From NCBI RefSeq assembly GCF_000009965.1, contig NC_006624.1, forward strand, positions 1,410,001-1,442,000: a stretch of 32,000 nucleotides of DNA. The letters run 5' to 3'. Below are positions 25,210 to 32,000 of the stretch, piece after piece (positions within the stretch are counted from its first letter, which is position 1; the number at the start of each line of letters is the position of its first letter). The notes under the pieces are model-generated. The model ran no database searches and was not told the origin of the DNA. It saw nothing but the letters and a program-made list of their open reading frames with translations. The translations under genes were made by a program, and so were the position numbers. This DNA is from Thermococcus kodakarensis KOD1 (GTDB taxonomy: Archaea > Methanobacteriota_B > Thermococci > Thermococcales > Thermococcaceae).

Positions 25210-25919
25210 CTCCCATCAGAGTTTCCTTCACCAGTGTCCTTCTTCTCTTCCTCAAGAGCGTCCTCTTCCTCGACTTCCGGGACGAGAACGTACGGGCCAA
25301 GGCTCAGCTTATTTATTTCCTCCTCGGTCAAGAGCCTGCTCTTCACCTTCTCACCTATAAGGGCGCTGTTGCCGAGCGGATCCATTATCCGCACCGTTAT
25401 CGGCTTCTTGCCTTCCTTAACGTCCTCGATGTACTGGAGTATCTCGTCGGCCTTCTTAACGGCCTCCTCGTCGCCCTCCTGCCTCCTGAACTCCCTGGCC
25501 ATTAGGAGGGTCTCCCTGACCCTTTCAAGGACTCCTTCAACGTTGGTGATAAAGCCCTCCGAAGCTGGGCCGGGCTCGATCTTGACGCCGATTTCGTCAA
25601 GTTCTATCGTCCCGCTCTTGCTCCTGACAACACGAGTGAAGAGATCCTTCTCCCCCTCCACTTTGACAGTGTAGAGCTTTGGCGGCCTGTCTTCGAGGAT
25701 CATGACGTCGGCGTTGCGGTAGCCGCATTTCTCGCAGATTATCGTGCTCTCCATGACCTTGCCGAAGTAGGGTATCTCATGGATGTGCTGAATGGCCTTG
25801 AGTGTACCCTTTCCACCGCAGATTGGGCAGTCACCGAGGGATATAACCTGAACCTCACCGAGATCCTCGCGAACTTCAACTTTCTGTCTCTTCTCGCCGT
25901 TTTCACCCATGAGCATCAC
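25206..25919 (-). CDS. ZPR1-type zinc-finger protein
   Basis: CPICGG...(x24)...CEKCGY forms a C4 zinc ribbon, followed by the ZPR1 A-domain-like beta region and an acidic tail. Possible starts are GTG 25919, ATG 25916 and ATG 25910. Confidence 0.7.
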   Translation of the reverse strand: MMLMGENGEKRQKVEVREDLGEVQVISLGDCPICGGKGTLKAIQHIHEIPYFGKVMESTIICEKCGYRNADVMILEDRPPKLYTVKVEGEKDLFTRVVRSKSGTIELDEIGVKIEPGPASEGFITNVEGVLERVRETLLMAREFRRQEGDEEAVKKADEILQYIEDVKEGKKPITVRIMDPLGNSALIGEKVKSRLLTEEEINKLSLGPYVLVPEVEEEDALEEEKKDTGEGNSDGS

Positions 25920-25942
25920 CGAAGCTAAAGTACCGAGAACCG

Positions 25943-25950
25943 TTTATAAA
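25943..25950 (-). promoter_or_regulatory. Candidate TATA box upstream of the ZPR1 gene
   Basis: TTTATAAA lies in the 71-nt sepF-zpr1 spacer, about 25-35 nt upstream of the candidate starts. Confidence 0.35.
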
Positions 25951-25990
25951 TTCATGGTAGGGTTGAAGAAGGGCGAGATAAAAGATAACC

Positions 25991-26404
25991 TCACTTGGCG
26001 ATTCTTATATCGTTTGGCAGGAGGATGAGCTTTATCTCATGTTTGCAGACCTTGGCGGCCTGTCCGTCGAGGGCACTGACCATACCCTTGAGCTGCTGGA
26101 CGACCTTCTCGAGTACATCGGGCCTCTTCTCAAGGGGAGTCAGGTCAACGAGCACGATGTTGCCGTTCTGGAGCTCCCTGGACACCTTTTCGAGGTCTGA
26201 GTAGCTGGTGACAGTTATCTTGTGCAGATACCTAAGCTGAGGTTTAACGAGCTCCTTAGCAAGAACATCCTCCTCAACAGGGATGACCTCAACCTCCGTC
26301 CTCGTGGGAGCGGGAGCCCTTTCACCTTTAACCTCCTTCTTTATGCTGGGAGGCTTTACAGTTGGCTTTATATCCTTCTTTTTTAAGCTGTCAAACAGTC
26401 CCAT
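25991..26404 (-). CDS. sepF: Cell-division protein SepF (FtsZ membrane anchor, DUF552 fold)
   Basis: There is an N-terminal amphipathic membrane-targeting helix (MGLFDSLKKK), a Lys/Pro-rich linker, and a C-terminal core SYSDLEKVSRELQNGNIVLVDLTPLE...LKGMVSALDG typical of SepF. Confidence 0.75.
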   Translation of the reverse strand: MGLFDSLKKKDIKPTVKPPSIKKEVKGERAPAPTRTEVEVIPVEEDVLAKELVKPQLRYLHKITVTSYSDLEKVSRELQNGNIVLVDLTPLEKRPDVLEKVVQQLKGMVSALDGQAAKVCKHEIKLILLPNDIRIAK

Positions 26405-26455
26405 AACTATTCCCCCCGATTGACCGTGAACTGTCTTACTTTTTGATGTTTTCCT

Positions 26456-26737
26456 TTATAGCTCTTTCCCAAACTCCGATGGACTTTCCTCAAGAAGCCT
26501 GAACAAACCTATGAACGAAAGCACAAACGCGGTCAAACCAAACACAACCACCACAAAGCGAACCGGGGTCTTCCCCCTAACGGTAATGAGATACAGTCCC
26601 CAGACAACGAGCGCCAAGCCCCACATGGCAGTGGTCAGAAGAAGATCCTTCTTGCGCTCCTCGCGGAGGAGGAGATAGAGCGTCCTTACCGCGAACCCAA
26701 TGAAAACTACCGCCGCCAGTGCCATAATGACGTCCAT
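26456..26737 (-). CDS. Small integral membrane protein (three predicted TM helices)
   Basis: ATG 26737 lies behind GGGTGGT; GTG 26746 is an alternative start. Three hydrophobic stretches are present. It lies between rrp42 and sepF on the same strand. Confidence 0.5.
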   Translation of the reverse strand: MDVIMALAAVVFIGFAVRTLYLLLREERKKDLLLTTAMWGLALVVWGLYLITVRGKTPVRFVVVVFGLTAFVLSFIGLFRLLEESPSEFGKEL

Positions 26738-26768
26738 AGCGACCACCCAAAACAGAAAAGAAGAGACA

Positions 26769-27587
26769 TCAGGCCCTTCCGACGGCCTTCAGAACCTTCT
26801 CCCTAATCTCGTTGCCCTTCTTCAGGGCAACTTCGAGGGCGTACATGACTTCCTCCATCTTAAATGCTCCTGCCTCGCCCTTCTGGGCCGCTGAGATGTG
26901 TCCCGTCTCGTCGGTCGTTATAGTAAGCCTGCCGTCCATGACGCGCTCCTCGTCGAGGCTCGGGTCAACGACTATGGAGTTACCGATCTTGGCGAAGGTT
27001 ACAGGGATTGGGACGTGGTTAACTGGGAGAGGCTCGTACTCGTCGAGTATCTCAACCTCGCCAGTTTCTTCGTTGTAGTTGACCTTTGGCAGCTTCGTGC
27101 TGAGGAGAGCCGCTATTGCACCGATTCCGCTGGCGTCGAGGAGGTTGCCGCCGTGGTCGAGAACGTGGACGTCTATGAATATAACCCTGACGAGCTTGCC
27201 GGGAACTATAACGAGCTTCTCCAGGTCAACAGCCTGACTCTCCCTGATGCCCCTGTCAACGACGCGCGCCAGTTCGATTGCGTTCTCGTCTGGCGGGCCG
27301 GGTTCAAATGTCGGTGAGGCGAGCGGGACGAGCTCAACGTTTGTCGTTATGACGCCCCTGTCGGGCAGGTCAGGGAAGGGTTCGCCAAGTTCAGCCTTAA
27401 TGCCCACTAGAACTTGGGTGTCACCCAGCCTGACCCAGGCGGAGCCCTCGGCCTTCTCGATAACGTTGACCTTAATCTCAAGGTCGCGGTAGTCCTCAAA
27501 GGAGCGGCCGTCTATTCTCTTGCCCTCGCGGAGCAGTTCGATGATGTGATCGCGCATTATGCTGGCCATGACTTCCATCTCACTCAT
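26769..27587 (-). CDS. rrp42: Exosome complex RNase PH-like subunit Rrp42
   Basis: The N-terminus [25 protein letters not shown] and the RNase PH fold are present, directly downstream of rrp41. ATG 27587 overlaps the rrp41 stop. Confidence 0.9.
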   Translation of the reverse strand: MSEMEVMASIMRDHIIELLREGKRIDGRSFEDYRDLEIKVNVIEKAEGSAWVRLGDTQVLVGIKAELGEPFPDLPDRGVITTNVELVPLASPTFEPGPPDENAIELARVVDRGIRESQAVDLEKLVIVPGKLVRVIFIDVHVLDHGGNLLDASGIGAIAALLSTKLPKVNYNEETGEVEILDEYEPLPVNHVPIPVTFAKIGNSIVVDPSLDEERVMDGRLTITTDETGHISAAQKGEAGAFKMEEVMYALEVALKKGNEIREKVLKAVGRA

Positions 27588-28329
27588 TTCCCTCAACCTC
27601 CTGGGCTATTTTGAGGTACTTTTCCTTGAGGGCCTCCCTCTGCTTCTGGTAAACGGCCTTGGCGCCCTTTATAGCAAGTCTCACTGCCTCAAGGAACTCA
27701 TCCTTCGTCAGGTAGCCGTCCATCTGGAGGAGAGTTATGTCGTTCTTGAGCGGCATTATGGCAACCGGTACGTCAGCTTCACCGTAGTTGTCCTCCTCCT
27801 TGTTGAGGTCGAGAACTATCTCACCGTCTATCTTTCCAGCGGCGCACGCGGCAACCAGGTCTTTCATTGGAATACCTGCATCAGCCAGAGCTAGCGAAGC
27901 GGCCGTTATTCCAGCAACCCTCGTACCGGCATCCGCCTGGAGTATTTCGATGAAGACGTCTATGGCAGTCCTCGGGAACATGTGAAGGAGCAACGCCGGC
28001 TCAAGCGCACCCCTTATGACCTTGCTTATCTCAACGCTCCTTCTGTCCGGCCCGGGCTTCTTCCTCTCCTCAACGCTGAAGGGCGCCATGTTGTACCTTA
28101 CCCTGAGTATAGCCCTGTCCGGCCTCTGGAGATGCTTGGGGTGTATCTCCCTCGGGCCGTAGACGGCAGCTAGAACCTTGTTCTTGCCCCACTCAACGTA
28201 CGCCGAACCGTCGGCGTTCTTGAGGACGCCAACTTCCATCTTGATAGGCCTAAGCTCGTACTTCTTTCTACCATCAATCCTCTTACCGTTCTCATCGATG
28301 AGCTTTAATCCTTCAGGCCTGCCCATCAT
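27580..28329 (-). CDS. rrp41: Exosome complex phosphorolytic subunit Rrp41
   Basis: [24 protein letters not shown] is present, with an active-site region containing [11 protein letters not shown] and DAGTRVA. ATG 28329 is the likely start; the ORF extends to GTG 28338. Confidence 0.9.
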   Translation of the reverse strand: MMGRPEGLKLIDENGKRIDGRKKYELRPIKMEVGVLKNADGSAYVEWGKNKVLAAVYGPREIHPKHLQRPDRAILRVRYNMAPFSVEERKKPGPDRRSVEISKVIRGALEPALLLHMFPRTAIDVFIEILQADAGTRVAGITAASLALADAGIPMKDLVAACAAGKIDGEIVLDLNKEEDNYGEADVPVAIMPLKNDITLLQMDGYLTKDEFLEAVRLAIKGAKAVYQKQREALKEKYLKIAQEVEGNE

Positions 28330-29086
28330 CTTCTCCACCCTCTTCTCCGTTAACCTCGGGGATTTCCTCTATTACTCCCTGCTCCTTAAGCTCCCTGAGC
28401 CTGCTAAGGAGGAACTCCTTAACGCGGTCGGTAAGGCCCTGGGTGTGGCTCTCCCTGTCAACCTTGAGTATTGCCTCGATTGCGAGCCGCTCAAGCTCGT
28501 CGTTCTTTCCGCTGACCCATACCCATCCATTCTGCCCCACGATTATCCTCGTTCCAGTTAGGGTCTTTATCATGTTGATCATCGAACCGCCCTTGCCTAT
28601 GAGCCTGGGGACTTTGGACGGTGTTATTGTGACAAGCTGGCCGCCCCTGAGCGGTCCGCCCTTGAAGGGCATCCCCTTGGTCGTCAGATCAATCTGGTTT
28701 ACCTCGTTGAAAGCCTTAACTTTGGCGTAGATTATGTCCCCGATGTCGAATATCTTCCTCAGGTCGGTCTTGAGCAGGTCTATCCTCTCTTCAACGGCAT
28801 CCTGAACCCTGAGGCTCGCCTGGTAGGGTGCTCCGATGTCCACAGTCCAGCTGGAGAACTTGACGTCAACGATCTTCCCCAGGACGTTGTCCCCAACCTC
28901 TGGGATATAGGGGCCTTCGAGTGGTATGACCCTTATCACGTTTCCCCTGATCTCAACGAGGCCGATGACGGTGGAATAGATTGCGTTGCCTTCCCTGAAA
29001 GTCCCTCTTCCGTTCTTAAAAGGCCCCTGGGCGAGTAAAGTCCCAGGGACAACGAGTTCTCTGGGTTTTACAAAAATCTTCTTCAT
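28313..29086 (-). CDS. rrp4: Exosome cap subunit Rrp4 (N-terminal, S1 and KH domains)
   Basis: The S1 segment is [21 protein letters not shown] and the KH segment is [16 protein letters not shown]. Its ATG overlaps the SBDS stop (ATGA). Confidence 0.9.
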
Positions 29087-29793
29087 AGGCCCTTCCTCTC
29101 TAACAGTTTAGTTATCGCTTCGCCCTTTGTAAGGGCGTTGAGCTTTTCATAAAACTCCTCCTCAACTCCACCGGGTATCTCAATCACGAACATCCAGGAG
29201 CCGTCGCTTCCCCACTCTTCCCTCTTGATGTTGCCGAACTTCCTGACCTCTCCATAGGCCCTCCCAACGTAGTCTCCAGGTATTTTGACCGCTATGACCT
29301 TGACCTCAAGCTTTAGCGGGAGTATCGGCCTTATAGCCTTGATGACCTGGGGAACCTGAGCCTCGGCATCTTTGAATATGTCGATGTGCACTCCTGCCTC
29401 TTCCATAGCCCTGAGAATTCTGTCAACCGGGTGCGGATAACCAGTCCTCGGGTCAACCGCGTGCCTGTGGATCACCGTGGCTATGTAGCGCTTTTTGTCC
29501 TCGAGCATCTGCCTCCTCTGCTCAGCCGTCAGCTGAACCTCACCCTTTCGGAGGATTATCTTGGCGACTTCGTACGGGTCGCTGGTGCCGAATATCTTCT
29601 CCATCTCGTGCTCGCTCGCCTTGTCACCCTTGTGGGCGTCCTTAAAAACGTAGGGAGTGGCGAGGATCTCCTCTATCGGAACGTCCTTGCCCTCCTTGAA
29701 GTCCCTAGCCAGGTAAGGATCGACCAGTATCTCGAAAGTCTCACCATGGGTCTTCAGACGGGCGATGACGGCCTTATCAACACTTATCGGCAT
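29083..29793 (-). CDS. sdo1: SBDS/Sdo1-family ribosome maturation protein
   Basis: The N-terminal FYSH-domain sequence [19 protein letters not shown] is present. The protein is 236 aa and sits in the conserved position between psmA and rrp4. Confidence 0.85.
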
Positions 29794-29804
29794 CGCCCGT
29801 CACC

Positions 29805-30587
29805 TCAGTAGTTCTGATCGAGTTCGGAGTAGTCTTCCTGTTTCTCCTCAACCTCTTCCTCCTTAACTTCCTGGAGGATCTCGTTGATGTACTTCTCAAG
29901 CTCCTCCCTCGGGAGCTTCTTCCAGCGCTTCTCGTCCATGGTTATGTAGGCAACCTCTATACCCTCAGCAGTTGGCTCTTCGAGGGTCTTCGCAAGGGCA
30001 AGGATTGCGAGCTTTATGGCATCGTCTTTTCCGATGTCGTCCCTGTAGTGCTCCTCGAAAATGGCCATGGCGGTGTTCCTGCCGCTTCCTATGGCAACTG
30101 CTTTCCACTCGAAGTAGGCGCCGCTCGGATCGGTCTCAAAAAGCTCGGGCTTCTCGTTTACGCCCGCCATAAGCAGGGCGGCGCCGAAGGGCCTCACACC
30201 GCCGTACTGGGTGTGGGCCTGCTTAAGGTCGCATATCTTCTTCACCAGAACGGTGAGCGGGACGGGTTCGCCGTAGGTGAGGCGGTAAATCTGGGCCTCA
30301 AGCCTGGCCCTGTCAACCAAAACCCTGGCATCGGCAATAATGCCGCTCGGAGCGGCCGCTATGTGGTCGTCAATGAGGAATATCTTCTCGTAACTGCTCG
30401 GTTCGATGAGCTTGCTGGTGATCCTCTTCTCAACGGCGAGGACAACACCGTCCTTCCACTTAACACCGACAGCGGTTGCTCCCCTCTTCACTGCCTCCCT
30501 GGCATAGTTGACCTGGAAGAGCCTTCCGTCAGGGCTGAATACCGTAATCGCCCGGTCGTAACCGGCCTGCGGTGGTACAAACGCCAT
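29805..30587 (-). CDS. psmA: Proteasome alpha subunit
   Basis: The N-terminus [25 protein letters not shown] is the alpha-subunit signature. GAGGTGA lies upstream of the ATG. The C-terminal tail is acidic. Confidence 0.95.
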   Translation of the reverse strand: MAFVPPQAGYDRAITVFSPDGRLFQVNYAREAVKRGATAVGVKWKDGVVLAVEKRITSKLIEPSSYEKIFLIDDHIAAAPSGIIADARVLVDRARLEAQIYRLTYGEPVPLTVLVKKICDLKQAHTQYGGVRPFGAALLMAGVNEKPELFETDPSGAYFEWKAVAIGSGRNTAMAIFEEHYRDDIGKDDAIKLAILALAKTLEEPTAEGIEVAYITMDEKRWKKLPREELEKYINEILQEVKEEEVEEKQEDYSELDQNY

Positions 30588-30650
30588 TTCACATCACCTC
30601 TATTCCCTTTACTCCTTTAGCTTACTCTACGGGCCATCTATTAAGCTTTT

Positions 30651-30872
30651 CTATTCTCCCCTAAAAGCGATGACCGCCATCCTCCTGGCGGTTCTCCTCG
30701 CAAGCTCCAGCGGGATGAAAGACACTGCAAAGATGACCGCTCCCAGTATCAGGGATGCGGTCCATCCCAGGGGCTTAAAGATAATGAGCCCAAACCCTAC
30801 CAGAAGCAACAGCAGGCCCGCGAGGAGAAGCTTTCGGTAAGCAATTTCGAGTTTTTTAAGTTCTTCACTCAT
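30651..30872 (-). CDS. Small membrane protein (two TM helices)
   Basis: A 73-aa ORF with an ATG start. The hydrophobic segments are LLLAGLLLLLVGFGLIIF and SLILGAVIFAVSFI. Confidence 0.4.
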   Translation of the reverse strand: MSEELKKLEIAYRKLLLAGLLLLLVGFGLIIFKPLGWTASLILGAVIFAVSFIPLELARRTARRMAVIAFRGE

Positions 30873-30925
30873 GCTCCCACCGGGGGACTTTTTAAGATGG
30901 GTGGTTTTAAGTCTTTGGTGGTTCT

Positions 30926-31393
30926 ATGAAGTGTCCGTTCTGCAGTCCAAAAAGGGAAAACCTGCTGTACGAAGATGAGCTGATAAGGGTAATCCTCGAT
31001 GAATACCCAGCGAACAGGGGGCATGTGCTCGTCGTCCCAAGGAGACACATCGAAGCGTGGGAAGAGCTGGACGAGAAAGAAAAAATCGCCCTAATGCAGG
31101 GCGTTGACCTCTCCATGAAGGCCCTGAAACAGACCCTAAATCCCGACGGCTTCAACGTCGGCATCAACCTCGGAGAAGCAGCCGGCCAGACAGTTTCCCA
31201 CATCCATATCCACGTCATTCCGAGATGGAAGGGAGACTGCAACAGGCCGAGAGGCGGAGTGAGAAAGGCAGTACTGGATATCGAGGACGAAAACTTGACT
31301 ATGAAAGAGCGCTGGGAGAAAAACAGGCTAGGGAGAGAAGAAGTAGAATCCTTAAGGAAAGCCTTTCTCAGTCTCCTGGGAGAGGGTACTTAG
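30926..31393 (+). CDS. HIT-family nucleotide hydrolase/transferase
   Basis: The histidine-triad motif QTVSHIHIHVIPR is present, with the N-terminal pair CPFC and the segment NRGHVLVVPRRH. Confidence 0.9.
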   Translation: MKCPFCSPKRENLLYEDELIRVILDEYPANRGHVLVVPRRHIEAWEELDEKEKIALMQGVDLSMKALKQTLNPDGFNVGINLGEAAGQTVSHIHIHVIPRWKGDCNRPRGGVRKAVLDIEDENLTMKERWEKNRLGREEVESLRKAFLSLLGEGT

Positions 31394-31688
31394 CCTCGTT
31401 CTTTCTGATTTTCCTGCCAACGGCCTCATCCAGGTCTATTCCAAGCTCATGCGCCAGGAGTACGAGGTAAATTATGACGTCCGCTATCTCATCCGCGACC
31501 TCCTCCTTTTTCTGAGGATTCTTTACAGCTTCGAGGATTTCCTCATCGCTGAGCCACTGAAAGTGCTCGAAAAGCTCTCCCAGCTCAACCACAGCGGAGA
31601 TGGCCAGATTCTTTGGTGTGTGGTACTTTTTCCAGCTTCTAGCGTCCCTGAATTCAACGACTATTCTTTCAAGCTCACGGAAGTCCAT
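31368..31688 (-). CDS. MazG-like all-alpha nucleoside-triphosphate pyrophosphohydrolase (dCTPase/RS21-C6-like)
   Basis: The metal-binding pattern is ELGELFEHF (E-x2-E) followed by EEVADEIADV (E-x3-D), in an approximately 106-aa helical protein. ATG 31688 lies behind GAGGTGA and ATG 31694 is an alternative. The longer upstream extension of the ORF to 31787 is unlikely because it overlaps the preceding gene. Confidence 0.75.
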   Translation of the reverse strand: MDFRELERIVVEFRDARSWKKYHTPKNLAISAVVELGELFEHFQWLSDEEILEAVKNPQKKEEVADEIADVIIYLVLLAHELGIDLDEAVGRKIRKNEAKYPLPGD

Positions 31689-31698
31689 ACCCATCACC

Positions 31699-31986
31699 TC
31701 AGTAGAAGTGAGCCTCGCTATTCCTGAGGAGCTCAAGAAGTTTGAGGAACCTCTCCAGCTCCTCCCTTGAGAAGTGCTCTTCGGCATCCGTCTCGGGATC
31801 GAGGGATAGAAGAAATTCCCTGGCCTTTAAGAGGTCGTCCAGATCCTCCTGAAGCTCAATGGCCCGCTGGGTGAACTCCAGGCTCGTGTAGGGTGTCTCC
31901 ATAGCCCTCTGCTGGTTGGCAACTATGGCGATCTTGAGACTCGCTATGGCCTCGTCAAGGATTTCCACCAATTCTTTTATTTTCAT
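31699..31986 (-). CDS. Small helical hypothetical protein coupled to the MazG-like gene
   Basis: A 95-98 aa ORF starting at ATG 31986 or GTG 31995. Its TGA stop at 31699-31701 lies 10 nt before the MazG start. No motif recognised. Confidence 0.45.
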   Translation of the reverse strand: MKIKELVEILDEAIASLKIAIVANQQRAMETPYTSLEFTQRAIELQEDLDDLLKAREFLLSLDPETDAEEHFSREELERFLKLLELLRNSEAHFY

Positions 31987-32000
31987 AGACCTCACAAAGG

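Overview
The window is dense, two-stranded coding DNA that looks like a chromosomal core region of a hyperthermophilic euryarchaeon of the Thermococcales. Supporting signs are GGTGA-type ribosome-binding sites, TTTATAAA-type TATA boxes, oligo-T terminators and many overlapping start/stop codons. The gene order matches what I remember of the Thermococcus kodakarensis MCM / proteasome-alpha neighbourhood, but I have not verified this.

Features I can support, left to right:
- A metallo-beta-lactamase-fold di-metal protein coupled to a sensor-less soluble chemoreceptor and to alaX.
- A four-gene cassette of uncharacterised proteins ending in a TatD-type hydrolase.
- A three-subunit NuoE/NuoF/(2Fe-2S + GltD + NuoG-like) flavin/FeS oxidoreductase, of the Bfu or NfnABC type.
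- rtcA, two unknown genes and a phosphoesterase.
- A gins23-mcm-aIF2beta cluster in which mcm carries two inteins.
- A Na+-pumping methylmalonyl-CoA decarboxylase operon (alpha-delta-gamma-beta).
- A CBS protein, homoserine dehydrogenase, an ASCH protein and ZPR1.
- The archaeal exosome/proteasome superoperon (psmA-SBDS-rrp4-rrp41-rrp42), followed on the same strand by a small membrane protein and sepF.
- A HIT / MazG nucleotide-hydrolase corner.

I saw no rRNA, tRNA, CRISPR array or transposon.

The best candidates for undescribed biology are:
1. The cassette at 3046-5608: two Walker-less RecA/KaiC-like paralogues, a small beta-barrel protein and TatD.
2. The MBL-sensor / soluble-MCP pair at 224-1765.
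3. The unknown convergent gene pair at 11980-13405.

All functional calls rest on motif reading by eye. No database search was run.
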